From: Faecalimonas sp.
GTDB taxonomy: Bacteria > Bacillota > Clostridia > Lachnospirales > Lachnospiraceae
Direction: 5' to 3'
Assembly: GCA_045659485.1 (NCBI GenBank)
Contig: JAZOWZ010000067.1
Span: 3,248 to 67,247, forward strand
DNA length: 64,000 nt
This document shows, in pieces, positions 1-10,632 of this stretch; the first letter of the stretch is position 1, and every line of letters starts with the position of its first letter. The notes below the pieces were generated by a model. It saw only the letters and a list, made by a program, of their open reading frames with translations. It searched no databases and had not been told where the DNA came from. Position numbers and translations under genes: made by a program.

Positions 1-326
1 TTGTAAGAAACACCAGCAAGTAAGACTTCCATATCTATTTGACTGTGATAGTACCTTGCCCTCTTTTGTAATGCTGGTTTTTGTAAAATTTGCATTTCCA
101 CATTATATCGCGTGTTGTTCGCATCTTTCGCATATGCGTCTAACCGAATTCCACGATACTCAGGGTTATAAACAATGCTTTTTTCTTTACTGACTTCTAC
201 TCGCTCAATTTCTTTGCCAATCGAACGTTCCAAAAGTCCCTTACAATTTTCGGGATCCAAAAGAACTGCACCAAACATAAAATTGTCTTTAAAGGTCAGT
301 TCTTGCAAACTTTTCTTTTGATTCAT
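1..326 (-). CDS. Rpn-family recombination-promoting nuclease / PD-(D/E)XK putative transposase, 5' part (runs off window)
   Basis: Not in the ORF track. Manual translation from ATG at 326: MNQKKSLQELTFKDNFMFGAVLLDPENCKGLLER...GIRLDAYAKD...YNVEMQ...KRARYYHSQID. The D-F-M-F, RLD, VEMQ and R-RYY motifs are typical of Rpn proteins. AAGGAG RBS upstream. Confidence 0.85.
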   Translation of the reverse strand, partial: MNQKKSLQELTFKDNFMFGAVLLDPENCKGLLERSIGKEIERVEVSKEKSIVYNPEYRGIRLDAYAKDANNTRYNVEMQILQKPALQKRARYYHSQIDMEVLLAGVSY

Positions 327-549
327 ATTTCTTTCTCCTTTAGTTTAACATAGTTATAGTAACAATCACAACAACAATTTCTCGTTGTTCTTTACGCAAT
401 CATACTCTCACCTTCCCTCTATTCAGTTATAAATTCGTTGAAATTTTGTGGCGAAACGCCTTGAAAATAGATATGTTTGTAGAATACAAACATTGTGGAA
501 TTTAAAAAAGCACCAGCGCCCCTTTTAAATAAGGACTCCAGCACTTCAA

Positions 550-623
<74 letters not shown>

Positions 624-638
624 CTTTTCGTTTTGGAA

Positions 639-709
639 CTACGGAAAAGGGATTCGAACCCCTACTAACAGAGTCAGAGTCTGCTGTGCTACCATTACAC
701 CATTCCGCA
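639..709 (-). tRNA. tRNA-Gln (CTG)
   Basis: Reverse complement TGCGGAATGGTGTAATGGTAGCACAGCAGACTCTGACTCTGTTAGTAGGGGTTCGAATCCCTTTTCCGTAG; anticodon arm GCAGA-CT-CTG-AC-TCTGT. Confidence 0.93.
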
Positions 710-868
710 TCAGTTTATTGAACAAGATTCATTATATCAGTATTTTATGAAAAATCAACCAGTTTTTCTGAAAAAAATATTGTAAAAATATCGATTTTAT
801 GATAAAAAAATGTAGTGGGATGTTTTTTCTCGCTATTACGAATTCACATGTAGAAAGGATAATCGAAA

Positions 869-1552
869 ATGGAAAAAATCTATGTAGGTAAGACAAAAGA
901 CGTATACAAACTTGACAATGGTAACGTATTATTAAAATTTAAAGATGACTGTACTGGAAAAGATGGAGTATTTGATCCAGGCGAAAATTCAGTTGGTTTG
1001 ACAATCGAAGGAATTGGTAAAGCGAATCTTCAAACATCTATTTACTATTTCGAATTATTGAAAAAAGCTGGCATCAAAACACACTATGTAAGTGCTAACT
1101 TAGAAGAAGCCACAATGGAAGTTCTTCCAGGTGCTGTATTTGGACATGGTCTTGAAGTTATCTGCCGTCTTGTTGCTACAGGAAGCTTCATCCGCAGATA
1201 TGGTGAATACATTGCTGATGGTACTGTATTAGAAGGTGGATATGTTGAATGTACATTCAAAAACGATGATTTAGGCGATCCACTTGTAACAGGCGAAGGT
1301 CTTGCAGCTTTAGGTGTTATGTCACCAGAAATGTTCGAAAGCATGAAAGAACAAACTCTTAAGATTACAAAACTCATCGCTGATGACTTAAAAGAACTCG
1401 GCCTTGATTTGTGGGATATCAAATTCGAATTTGGTTACAACAACGACGAAGTTATCTTAATCGACGAAATCGCTTCTGGTAACATGCGTGTTTACAAAGA
1501 TGGAAAGATTGTTGACCCAGTAGAATTAACAAAGATTATTAACAACAGATAA
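869..1552 (+). CDS. purC: phosphoribosylaminoimidazole-succinocarboxamide (SAICAR) synthase
   Basis: [15 protein letters not shown]...GSFIRRY, K-D-LGDP and DIKFEFG...LIDEI motifs; GAAAGGA RBS. Confidence 0.92.
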   Translation: MEKIYVGKTKDVYKLDNGNVLLKFKDDCTGKDGVFDPGENSVGLTIEGIGKANLQTSIYYFELLKKAGIKTHYVSANLEEATMEVLPGAVFGHGLEVICRLVATGSFIRRYGEYIADGTVLEGGYVECTFKNDDLGDPLVTGEGLAALGVMSPEMFESMKEQTLKITKLIADDLKELGLDLWDIKFEFGYNNDEVILIDEIASGNMRVYKDGKIVDPVELTKIINNR

Positions 1553-1561
1553 TTTTCATAC

Positions 1562-1592
1562 AAAAATGAGATGCTCGAAAGCATCTCATTTT
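1562..1592. terminator. bidirectional intrinsic terminator between purC and dapF
   Basis: AAAAATGAGATGCT-CGAA-AGCATCTCATTTTT: perfect stem with A/T tails on both sides, between convergent genes. Confidence 0.85.
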
Positions 1593-1612
1593 TTATTTTG
1601 TGATTTCTATAT

Positions 1613-2446
1613 CTATAATTGAATTTCACCATCAAATGAAACTGCTGCCGGTCCTGTCATATAGACCTTATTGTTTTCTCTGTCCCATTCAATCAAAAGG
1701 TCTCCACCAAGCAATTTCACTGTGACCTTATTTTCTGTATACCCGTTTAAGATGCTTGCAACTGCAACTGCACACGCGCCTGTTCCGCATGCAAGTGTCT
1801 CTCCCGAGCCACGCTCCCACACGCGCATCTCTACCGTGTTTCGGTCAATCACTTTTACAAACTCTGCATTCACACGTCTTGGGAATCTCTCGTGGTTTTC
1901 AAACTTTGGCCCGATTGCTTCAATATCCAATCCCTGCACATCATCTACATATACAACCGTATGCGGATTCCCCATTGACACACAAGTCATGCGGTATTCT
2001 TTGCCATCCACAAGTATCGGCGTATCAACGGCCTCATTTCCTTCTGCCACAACTGGAATCTTCTCTGGCACAAGTTCTGGACTTCCCATATCTACTTTAA
2101 CCAATTTCACTTTCCCATCTTCAATAGTAAAATCCAAATATTTGATTCCCGCCAAAGTTTCTACGGAAATGCTTGTTTTGTCTGTCAATCCGTAATCATA
2201 TACATATTTCCCAACGCAACGAATTCCATTTCCACACATCTCGCTGCGAGAGCCGTCTGCATTATACATCTCCATCTCGCAATCTGCTACTTTTGATGGA
2301 TTAATCATAATCAGTCCATCAGAACCGATTCCATAATGGCGATTACTCAACTGAATTGCCAATTCTTTTGGATTCTCTATTTTCTCTTCAAAACAATTTA
2401 CATATACGTAATCATTGCCGAGTCCTTGCATCTTTGTAAATTTCAT
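1613..2446 (-). CDS. dapF: diaminopimelate epimerase
   Basis: [44 protein letters not shown]. Start moved to ATG 2446 (AAGGAG RBS). Confidence 0.96.
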   Translation of the reverse strand: MKFTKMQGLGNDYVYVNCFEEKIENPKELAIQLSNRHYGIGSDGLIMINPSKVADCEMEMYNADGSRSEMCGNGIRCVGKYVYDYGLTDKTSISVETLAGIKYLDFTIEDGKVKLVKVDMGSPELVPEKIPVVAEGNEAVDTPILVDGKEYRMTCVSMGNPHTVVYVDDVQGLDIEAIGPKFENHERFPRRVNAEFVKVIDRNTVEMRVWERGSGETLACGTGACAVAVASILNGYTENKVTVKLLGGDLLIEWDRENNKVYMTGPAAVSFDGEIQL

Positions 2447-2502
2447 ATAATATCTCCTTCTGCTTATGTATTGTTTTATTATACAAAATATATAGTTTAA
2501 CT

Positions 2503-3285
2503 TCAATCCTTTATCTGTCTTCCGCTCACATCCAAGTGATAGTTTTCTTTATAAATCAATTCCGATATAGGCACAATTTCATATCCTTTCGCTTTCAATC
2601 CCTCGATCACTTTCGGCAACGCTTCTGCCGTATACTTAGCTCCATTGTGCATCAAAATAATCGAACCATTGCGCAGGTTCTTATGTTCAGTCACAGTCTT
2701 TATAATGCTATCTACTCCATAATCTTTCCAGTCAAGCGAATCCACATCCCACTGGATCGTATAATACCCGCAAGATTTGGCATTTTGAATCACATGGTTG
2801 TCATAATCTCCATACGGCGGACGAAATAATTCCATATCAACCCCTGTCAATTTTTTCACTTTTTCATGTACCTTTAAAAGCTCTGTTTGACAATCCGCAT
2901 CTTCCAATTGACTCATATTTTTATGATTCTCGCTATGGTTTGCCAAATCGTGACCTGCTACTTGAATTTTCTTCACATCTTCTGGATATTTTTCCACCCA
3001 TCCGCCAGTCATAAAAAATGTCACGTGAACATTTTGTTCTTTTAATATCTTAAGAATCTGGTCGGTATCCTCGTTCCCCCACGCAGCATCAAAACTTAAA
3101 GCCACCTTCTTCTCATCTGTCTCCACAGAATAAATAGGGAGTTCCTTTCCGTTTACAGTATTGTTTACTGAAACGACCTTAGAAACTCCCACACAAGCAA
3201 CCAGGATTAATAATCCGAAAATTGCCCACATCTTTAATTTTTGTTTTAACTTTTCTTGCATGCTATACTCCATATTTTGTTTCAT
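2503..3285 (-). CDS. polysaccharide deacetylase, sporulation PdaB-like
   Basis: N-terminal TM; [36 protein letters not shown] NodB motifs. Confidence 0.85.
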   Translation of the reverse strand: MKQNMEYSMQEKLKQKLKMWAIFGLLILVACVGVSKVVSVNNTVNGKELPIYSVETDEKKVALSFDAAWGNEDTDQILKILKEQNVHVTFFMTGGWVEKYPEDVKKIQVAGHDLANHSENHKNMSQLEDADCQTELLKVHEKVKKLTGVDMELFRPPYGDYDNHVIQNAKSCGYYTIQWDVDSLDWKDYGVDSIIKTVTEHKNLRNGSIILMHNGAKYTAEALPKVIEGLKAKGYEIVPISELIYKENYHLDVSGRQIKD

Positions 3286-3309
3286 ATAAAGTATATGTAT
3301 GCTGAATTC

Positions 3310-3813
3310 TTACGATTCTTTATTTCTTCTCACAAAACGAATTTGACATACATCATCACCATTTGCAATGGTTGCTGGTAAATCCAATTCGCATCCAAAA
3401 CTTTCTGCAATTCCTCTATCTCCACACATCGCATGGTCACAAAGGATCTTGATTTCTTCATCTGTACAACCTTGTTTTTGCCAAGCTTTTACAAGTGGAC
3501 AATAATGAAAATCAATGTCGAGATGGTCATCATCACAACGCTTAATCTTCATTTCAAACACCCATTGTGCTGCTTTCGAAAACAATGTTTTCTTTAGTCC
3601 TTTTAACGAACTTCCACCGCCTGCTTTCTTGCGAAGGTTTGCTCCTTGATACAATCCACAACGCTTAATCGCATCTGGTGCATAATCTTTAGAATCCAAT
3701 CCTTTTTTCTTTGCCTCGTCGCAGAGCAAGTACATCCAAAGTGCGCGATGTTCCAATTGCTCACGAATTGCAACAATCAGTGGATTTTTTATCTTTGGTT
3801 CATTCTTAATCAT
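3310..3813 (-). CDS. L-2-amino-thiazoline-4-carboxylic acid hydrolase family protein
   Basis: FHYCPLVKAW...LCDHAMCGD...TIANGDDVC Cys pattern of this family. Confidence 0.7.
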   Translation of the reverse strand: MIKNEPKIKNPLIVAIREQLEHRALWMYLLCDEAKKKGLDSKDYAPDAIKRCGLYQGANLRKKAGGGSSLKGLKKTLFSKAAQWVFEMKIKRCDDDHLDIDFHYCPLVKAWQKQGCTDEEIKILCDHAMCGDRGIAESFGCELDLPATIANGDDVCQIRFVRRNKES

Positions 3814-3825
3814 TTTATTTTCCTC

Positions 3826-4899
3826 CTATTTTATCGCCAATGAACTGTTTAGTAGCATTGTACTATATAGGAATAGTACATCCGCGTTGTTAAAATCTAT
3901 ATATTCCCCCAACAAATCGCTGGAAATATATCTTAAATCTACTAACACGATTTCTTCATATCCTGAAATCATCAATGGTGCCAAGCTAGATGCAAAGGAA
4001 TCGCGGAATATAATTAAGCGCTTTCCATTTTGAGTTTGTGGATTTTTCATCGTCACAATCGGCTGATTTCCTGATAAGAACATTTCATAAGGGTCTTTTC
4101 CTTCTGCTTTCTTAAGGTCATAAATCGCCGATGCACCTTCCACTTGAATCTGATCAAATCCATCGCCCACAAGATAGGTAATCTCATCTGGCTTATGAAT
4201 GAGTGCCGATTGCCCCGCATACACGCCATAGAACGGCGTTCCTAATTCTTTTTCCACATAGCTTGTAGAAAGTTCTGTACCCATGGCACTCGCCAATCTA
4301 TCCGCCACATCTTGAATCTTTTCTTGTTGCCAGTGAGTATCCGTCTGATAATAATCATCTGCCTCTAGCAAATCTGCAATTTCTATATACTTGGCAAAAT
4401 GCACCTTTTCCTTCATATATTGAGAAAACGCATCATAATCCATGGACAAATATCCATTCTTTTCTGCCAGATATCGATTTTTATCTGGTATCACTGCTAG
4501 ATAAATATCATTGTCTTCCAGATATTTATCCTTCACTTTTTCAAACACATTTGCCGCGTGGTCTGCCATTTCTAGATTCATCGGATATTCCAATTTGGAT
4601 ATATGACCATCCGCAACATAAATCTTATGATTATCCTTCTGTGCAAACACACCTGTGCGCACATATGCTTTGATGGTTCTCCAGATATCTCTCATTGGAA
4701 AACGATCCACAGTATACTCTTCAAAGTCCTTTGAAAATGCCCCTGAAAGCACTCGCTCCACAGTCACTTCTGGAAATTTTGCAAGCACCCGTCGTTCCGA
4801 ATCTGAATAGTCCGGGGTCTTCCCAAAGAAATTCCAACAGGCAAAAAACAGTACAAAGGCAGATACAAGGATCATGGTTATTATATTTCTTTTCTTCAT
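3826..4899 (-). CDS. DHHW-family (AlgJ/AlgX-like) polysaccharide O-acetylation protein
   Basis: N-terminal TM, YYQTDTHW and IFRDSF motifs; directly follows an MBOAT gene. Confidence 0.8.
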   Translation of the reverse strand: MKKRNIITMILVSAFVLFFACWNFFGKTPDYSDSERRVLAKFPEVTVERVLSGAFSKDFEEYTVDRFPMRDIWRTIKAYVRTGVFAQKDNHKIYVADGHISKLEYPMNLEMADHAANVFEKVKDKYLEDNDIYLAVIPDKNRYLAEKNGYLSMDYDAFSQYMKEKVHFAKYIEIADLLEADDYYQTDTHWQQEKIQDVADRLASAMGTELSTSYVEKELGTPFYGVYAGQSALIHKPDEITYLVGDGFDQIQVEGASAIYDLKKAEGKDPYEMFLSGNQPIVTMKNPQTQNGKRLIIFRDSFASSLAPLMISGYEEIVLVDLRYISSDLLGEYIDFNNADVLFLYSTMLLNSSLAIK

Positions 4900-4914
4900 T
4901 TCCTCACACCTCCC

Positions 4915-6288
4915 CTAAAACCGAAAATATAGAAACGGATTAAAGGAACCGTCTACTAAATAAGCTGTAACTACTACTAGCAAAATCAAAAGTGCCACCG
5001 GCTCTACATACGGAGTTACTTTCATCTTGCCCACGAGTTTCTTTGGTAGTGGTGTGGAACCGATAAGACCCAGCACAAATATGAAGCCATAGCTCTTCAA
5101 GTAGTAGATTGTTTCCGCGGACACAAGCGGAATATTTCCTGCGCCAAACATACCACCGATGTCTTGTCCAATCTGAGCTAGAGACGTGGCATTAAAAATC
5201 ACAAAACTGATAACCACCAACAATAATACGTAGATATGGCTTACTATTTTGCTTTTTTCCAATTGTTTAAGTAAGAACAATTTTTCTACTACAAGTAGCA
5301 CTGCAAAGAACACTCCCCAAAGGACAAAGTTCCAAGCTGCGCCATGCCAGAATCCGGTTAACATCCACACGACTGCGATGTTAAATAACAAACGAACTGG
5401 TTTGACCCTTGAACCTCCCATTGGAATATAGACATAATCACGAAACCATGTTCCAAGTGACATATGCCATCTGCGCCAAAACTCCGTAATGCTTTTGGAA
5501 ATATATGGGTAATTAAAGTTCTCGATAAAATCAAATCCAAAAATTTTCCCAAGCCCTATTGCCATATCACTGTATCCTGAAAAGTCAAAATAAATATGCA
5601 GTGAAAAGGCGATGGCATACATCCAATAGAACAATACACTCTTTTCATTTGATTGCCTAAAAATCTCGCAGAGTTCTCCTAGCACATTGGCAATCAAAAT
5701 CTTCTTTGAAAGTCCCAAAATAAATCTACGAACACCAAGTCCTATTTTATCAATACTATGGGTACGATTTTCCAACTGCAAAGCCACATCTTTATAACGA
5801 ACAATCGGTCCTGCAATCAATTGTGGAAACATCGTGATATAAGTTGCCAGATGCAAAATATTTTTCTGCGCTTTCACATTTCCCCAATAGACATCAATGT
5901 TATAACTCAAGATCTGGAATGTATAGAAACTAATTCCAATCGGTAAGGCAATTCGCAAAAGCGGTACAGAAAGTCCTGTCGCCGCATTGAAATTAGTGAT
6001 AAAAAAGTCGGCATATTTAAAATATCCCAACGTCCCCAAACTAAACAGAATCGCAAATACAAGATACACCTTCTTATATTTGCAATGTTTCTCTGTCAAA
6101 ATTCCAAGTACATAACCCACTAGAATGGTGATAATCATCAAGAAAACCAACTTTGGTTCTCCCCACGCATAGAAAAATAAACTTGAAATTAATAGTATGA
6201 AATTTTTAAATTGCCTTGGTACTAGAAAGTACAAGACTAGTACACAAGGCAAGAAATAATACAAAAATGTGATACTTGAAAATAGCAA
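4915..6288 (-). CDS. MBOAT family O-acyltransferase (AlgI/PatA-like)
   Basis: LPIGISFYTFQ, FPQLIAGPIVRY, DFSGYSDMAIG, FWRRWH, GFWHGA motifs. Confidence 0.93.
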   Translation of the reverse strand: MLFSSITFLYYFLPCVLVLYFLVPRQFKNFILLISSLFFYAWGEPKLVFLMIITILVGYVLGILTEKHCKYKKVYLVFAILFSLGTLGYFKYADFFITNFNAATGLSVPLLRIALPIGISFYTFQILSYNIDVYWGNVKAQKNILHLATYITMFPQLIAGPIVRYKDVALQLENRTHSIDKIGLGVRRFILGLSKKILIANVLGELCEIFRQSNEKSVLFYWMYAIAFSLHIYFDFSGYSDMAIGLGKIFGFDFIENFNYPYISKSITEFWRRWHMSLGTWFRDYVYIPMGGSRVKPVRLLFNIAVVWMLTGFWHGAAWNFVLWGVFFAVLLVVEKLFLLKQLEKSKIVSHIYVLLLVVISFVIFNATSLAQIGQDIGGMFGAGNIPLVSAETIYYLKSYGFIFVLGLIGSTPLPKKLVGKMKVTPYVEPVALLILLVVVTAYLVDGSFNPFLYFRF

Positions 6289-6290
6289 TT

Positions 6291-6794
6291 TTATTCTCCT
6301 GGTTGTTGTTCAAATGCTTTTGGGCTCATAAGGAAGAATACAGTATTTCCTTCATTGTCTACTGTCAATTCTTCTGCTTCTGTACAAATGTTCCAACGAA
6401 GATTTGCACTGTCTTTTAATGTAGTCTTAAATGCATCTACATCTGCTCCATCTTCTAATACAAAGATGTATCCCACAAATGGAATTGTTCCCATCATTGG
6501 TCCAAACATTGCACCTTCTTTGAATCCTTTGATTTCTGTATTGTCAAATCCAGATAACAACCCTGGTTCTACAGGTGTTGCTCCACCCATAAATTGAATG
6601 ATTTGATTTCCTACAATTCTTTCTGCAATTTCTTGTGCGCTTCCAGATGCATCTTTCTTGAAATCGTCAAGTAAGATTTCTCCTACTGTCTCTGGTTTTT
6701 TTGCTTCCTCTTTCTTTTCACCTTCTGCTTTTCCACAAGCAACAACGCCTAAAATCATTAAAGTTGCTAATGATAATGCTACAATTTTTTTCAT
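6291..6794 (-). CDS. lipoprotein associated with the MBOAT/DHHW cluster
   Basis: Signal peptide with VVAC lipobox; first gene of the tightly spaced cluster. Confidence 0.7.
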   Translation of the reverse strand: MKKIVALSLATLMILGVVACGKAEGEKKEEAKKPETVGEILLDDFKKDASGSAQEIAERIVGNQIIQFMGGATPVEPGLLSGFDNTEIKGFKEGAMFGPMMGTIPFVGYIFVLEDGADVDAFKTTLKDSANLRWNICTEAEELTVDNEGNTVFFLMSPKAFEQQPGE

Positions 6795-6874
6795 TTTTTA
6801 ATTCTCCTTATTATTATTTTTTACAACGCTATTGTACCTTATTATTCCCACTCTGGCAACAAAAAAAGCTACCA

Positions 6875-7537
6875 TTATTGGGTAGCTTTTCCACTATCTT
6901 TTTCTGTGTCGAAACTCGCTTGAATTGCTTCATTTAACAACAACATCCTGTTATCCAAATCCGAAATCATATCCGCACACTCGCGCAACTCATGGCTAAT
7001 ATATTCTGGCGCATTTCCCTCAAACTTGTAATAAATCTTATGCTCCAAGCTCGCCCAAAAATCCATCGCAATGGTACGAATCTGCACTTCTACTTTCGTC
7101 TCCACAACACTATCTGACAAAAATACTGGTACTGACAGCAACATATGAAAACTCTTGTATCCGCTTTCTTTTGGATTCTTAATGTAATCCTTAATTGAAA
7201 TAACTTTCAAGTCACTCTGATTACCAATCATAGCTGCCAACTGGTAAATATCGGATGTAAAGGAACAAATCAATCTCACACCTGCAATATCATTGATATA
7301 CTTAATCATATTTTCAACAGAAGTCTCGTATCCATAGCGTTTTAACTTCTTTACAATACTTTCTGGAGTCTTGATTCTTGTCTTGATATGTTCAATTGGA
7401 TTATATTGATGCACATGCTGAAACTCATCATTCAAAATCTCTAATTTCGTTTCTACTTCCTTGAGTGCGGCATTGTAAAGAAACATAATGGTCTTCCAAC
7501 TATCCACATCCTCATAGTTCTTAATCGCATCTAACAT
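6875..7537 (-). CDS. small alarmone synthetase (RelP/RelQ-type GTP pyrophosphokinase)
   Basis: RIKTPESIVKKL, DIAGVR, KDYI-NPKESGYKSFH, EVQIRTIAMDFWASLEH. Confidence 0.9.
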   Translation of the reverse strand: MLDAIKNYEDVDSWKTIMFLYNAALKEVETKLEILNDEFQHVHQYNPIEHIKTRIKTPESIVKKLKRYGYETSVENMIKYINDIAGVRLICSFTSDIYQLAAMIGNQSDLKVISIKDYIKNPKESGYKSFHMLLSVPVFLSDSVVETKVEVQIRTIAMDFWASLEHKIYYKFEGNAPEYISHELRECADMISDLDNRMLLLNEAIQASFDTEKDSGKATQ

Positions 7538-7615
7538 TGAATGCTCTCCCCTTCTTTTTAATACTGCTTCATTATATCATATGAGAACATCCCTGTCATA
7601 AATTTCACGGAATTT

Positions 7616-8683
7616 TTATAAATCAAGTTTCATATCACCATATTTGATCCATTTCATTTTACGCATAAATTCCGAAATAATAAGGGTCACGATTGCTGGC
7701 AAAATAATCTGAATCAATAAAATTTTAATCAATACCACTGTAGCTGTTTCTGGACCTACCATATCGTTCCAAGTCATAATCTGACCAACAAGCCCTGCGG
7801 TTCCCATGCCTGAACCCGTTGCGTTATTCGTCATCTTAAATAACATAGTTCCCACTGGTCCCAATATGGCACTGGATAAAATTGCCGGCAACCAGATAAT
7901 CGGTTTTTTCACAATGTTTGGAACTTGAAGCATCGAGGTTCCAATTCCCTGTGCAAGAAGCCCTCCCACTTTATTTTCACGATAACTTGCCACTGCAAAT
8001 CCAACCATATTGCAACAACATCCTACCGTTGCTGCTCCTGCTGCCAGCCCCGATAAATTCAAGATAACACCAAGTGCTGCCGAACTAATTGGTAAGGTAA
8101 GTATCATACCCATAAGAACGGAAACGATGATTCCCATTAAGAATGGTTGTTGTTCTGTACCCCAGTTAATGAGTTGTCCTAACCACTGCATAAATTTTGA
8201 AATTGGTGGCCCTAAAAGTAGACCCGCAGCAGCACCTGTTCCTATGGTTACAATCGGAGTTACTATGATATCCACTTTTGTTTTCCCTGCAATTAAGTGT
8301 CCGATTTCAATCCCAATATACGCAGCCAAGAATGCACCCAAAGGTTCTCCTGGTCCTGCCAAAACCACAGTGGATGCCCCATCCATAATCGTACCTTCAA
8401 GAATCTTACTTGCAAAGGCACCAATCATACCAGCACTTGCTGCTGACAGTACAACCATTGGACTTTCTTTAAATCGGTAAGCAACGCCGACACCAATCCC
8501 AGCTCCAGTAAGAGCAGCGGCTACTTTTCCAATCAGGAAAATAAAATGCCCAATATCTCCTCCTACCAAATTTCCAATCTGTTGAATAATCGTACCGATA
8601 ATCAAAGTTGCAAATAGTCCATGCGCCATCCCTGTCAAACCGTCAATAAAAATTCGATTTGCCCATTTTTTTAACATATTCAT
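7616..8683 (-). CDS. PTS IIC-like (PfoR/PfoS-like) multi-pass membrane protein
   Basis: GMAHGLFATLIIG, GPGEPLGAF, LTLPISSAA, QGIGTSMLQVPNI, SGMGTAG; highly hydrophobic. Start approximate. Confidence 0.75.
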   Translation of the reverse strand: MNMLKKWANRIFIDGLTGMAHGLFATLIIGTIIQQIGNLVGGDIGHFIFLIGKVAAALTGAGIGVGVAYRFKESPMVVLSAASAGMIGAFASKILEGTIMDGASTVVLAGPGEPLGAFLAAYIGIEIGHLIAGKTKVDIIVTPIVTIGTGAAAGLLLGPPISKFMQWLGQLINWGTEQQPFLMGIIVSVLMGMILTLPISSAALGVILNLSGLAAGAATVGCCCNMVGFAVASYRENKVGGLLAQGIGTSMLQVPNIVKKPIIWLPAILSSAILGPVGTMLFKMTNNATGSGMGTAGLVGQIMTWNDMVGPETATVVLIKILLIQIILPAIVTLIISEFMRKMKWIKYGDMKLDL

Positions 8684-8813
8684 TTCTTTCATCTCTTTTC
8701 TGTAAATATAGTGTTTATACATCTGTCTTGTCACTTGTGTAGTCTAGCATAAGGTTTTTCAAAAAGCAACCCATTTTTTCTTAAAATAAAAGTAGGAGCT
8801 ACAATCGTAGCCC

Positions 8814-9518
8814 CTAAAATATTACTTCCATTTTTGTTCCTTTTCCCTCTTCGCTCTCCACGCGAATCTGTGCTTGATGACGAATTGCTCCGTGCTTTAC
8901 GATGGATAATCCCAATCCCGTTCCACCTGTTTCTCTAGAATGACTTTTATCCACCCGATAAAAACGCTCAAAAATTCGTTCTTGTTGATCCTTCGGGATT
9001 CCAATTCCTGTATCTTCTACAATCACTTTTATCCCTTCAAGCGCATTTCCTACCCAGACAGAGACCTTTCCTCCATCTACATTATATTTGATGGCATTCT
9101 CACAGAGATTATAAATCATCTCATCTAGTACTTGTCTGACACCGATATAGGTCACTGGTTCCCCTTGCAGTACAAGCTGCACATTTTTCTTTATTGCAAG
9201 CAGAGACAATCTACCGACAATCTCACCAGAAAGTTCATACAAATCAACTTCTTCTTTTTCCAGTTCTACACTGTCTTCATCCAACTTGGATAATTTAATA
9301 ATATCATCAATCAGCGTAATCATCCGACTGGCTTCTTTGTGAATGCGTTCCGAGAACATAATCATATCTTCTCGGTTTACCATCCCACTCTTCATAATTT
9401 CTGCATATCCTGAGATGGATGTTAACGGAGTTTTCAGTTCATGCGAAACATTTGCCGAAAACTCTTTCCTCATATTTGCAATTTCTTCTTCTGCACGATT
9501 AATTATTCTATTCTCCAC
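8814..9518 (-). CDS. phoR: PhoR-like histidine kinase, catalytic core only (HisKA + HATPase_c)
   Basis: KEFSANVSHELKTPLTSISGY H-box; NLCENAIKYN, DTGIGI, FERFYRVDKS, GTGLGLSIVKH. GTG start at 9518 with GGAGG RBS overlaps the phoP stop. Confidence 0.8.
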   Translation of the reverse strand: MENRIINRAEEEIANMRKEFSANVSHELKTPLTSISGYAEIMKSGMVNREDMIMFSERIHKEASRMITLIDDIIKLSKLDEDSVELEKEEVDLYELSGEIVGRLSLLAIKKNVQLVLQGEPVTYIGVRQVLDEMIYNLCENAIKYNVDGGKVSVWVGNALEGIKVIVEDTGIGIPKDQQERIFERFYRVDKSHSRETGGTGLGLSIVKHGAIRHQAQIRVESEEGKGTKMEVIF

Positions 9519-10188
9519 AAGAACCTCCCATACGATAACCAACACCACGCACGGTCTGAATTAACTCTCCTGCAGAACCCAATTTTTGTCTCAGTGTTCT
9601 GATATGTACGTCCACAGTTCTAGTCTCCCCAACATAATCGTATCCCCAGATTTCTTCCAAAAGTTGTTCTCTGGTAAAAACAATGTCTTGATACTTCATT
9701 AATTTTCGAAGTAGTTCAAACTCCTTAAAAGTGAGAGTTACCAAGTGCCCATCCACAAAAACGACATGGCGCTTCAAATCCATCTTAATATTCTCAAAAG
9801 TCAAATCTTCTGCGCCCTGGTCTCTCTGTGTTCTTCGAAGCACTGCTTTAATGCGTGATACCAATTCCATCATTCCAAATGGCTTTGCCACATAATCGTC
9901 TGCTCCTGCATCCAATCCAATGACCTTGTCATATTCATTTCCCTTTGCTGTTACCATAATTACTGGGATATATTTGGTTTTGGACGAACTTTTGAGTTTC
10001 CTTAAAATGGAAAGCCCATCCTCCCCTGGAAGCATAATATCAAGCAGAATCAATTCCGGCATCTGGGTTTCCAGCGCCTCCATAAAAGCTTTTCCATCTG
10101 CAAATCCACGGGCATTCATACCAGTGGTGTTCAACGTATATACTACTAATTCTCGAATGTTACTATCATCTTCAACGCAAAATATCAT
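9508..10188 (-). CDS. phoP: OmpR/PhoB-family response regulator
   Basis: VEDD, LLDIMLPG, TAK, GADDY-KPF, IWGYDYVGETRTVDVHIRTLRQKL, TVRGVGY. Confidence 0.85.
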   Translation of the reverse strand: MIFCVEDDSNIRELVVYTLNTTGMNARGFADGKAFMEALETQMPELILLDIMLPGEDGLSILRKLKSSSKTKYIPVIMVTAKGNEYDKVIGLDAGADDYVAKPFGMMELVSRIKAVLRRTQRDQGAEDLTFENIKMDLKRHVVFVDGHLVTLTFKEFELLRKLMKYQDIVFTREQLLEEIWGYDYVGETRTVDVHIRTLRQKLGSAGELIQTVRGVGYRMGGSCGE

Positions 10189-10321
10189 AGCGATTTCTCC
10201 TAATTTTCATAAACTCCTTGTTAAGTATACCATAGGAAAACTTACCTGTCATATCTTTCCTCATTTTTTTATCTGTGATATACTGTATACTATCTACAAA
10301 CTTACAGAAAGGATTGTAATT

Positions 10322-10585
10322 ATGTTTCGTTTATGGGGAAAAATTTTTAAAGACAATAAAATGCTACAAGACACCGTAATTTGTGACGAATCCGACGACA
10401 CAAGAACGCACAAAATCTTTCATTCTCTGGACGAGATTTGTCATGAATTTGACTTGAGTAAACCAATCTGGCTTGACGCAACCATCGAAGATTTTAAAAA
10501 ACACAACAAAACCAGATTTTATCAAGATAATTTTGTGGATTCTATTGATTTTGATTATTTAGAAATTCATATTATAGAAGAATAA
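10322..10585 (+). CDS. small hypothetical protein (87 aa)
   Basis: MFRLWGKIFKDNKML... with GAAAGGA RBS. The upstream part of the listed 221-aa ORF is antisense to phoP. Confidence 0.75.
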   Translation: MFRLWGKIFKDNKMLQDTVICDESDDTRTHKIFHSLDEICHEFDLSKPIWLDATIEDFKKHNKTRFYQDNFVDSIDFDYLEIHIIEE

Positions 10586-10632
10586 AAAGGAATCGCGCCT
10601 TAAACTCAAATAAGGTGCAATTCCTTTTTTAT

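Noticed and set aside
9920-10321. N-terminal extension of the 221-aa plus-strand ORF
   Set aside because: Antisense to phoP; the RBS supports a start at 10322.
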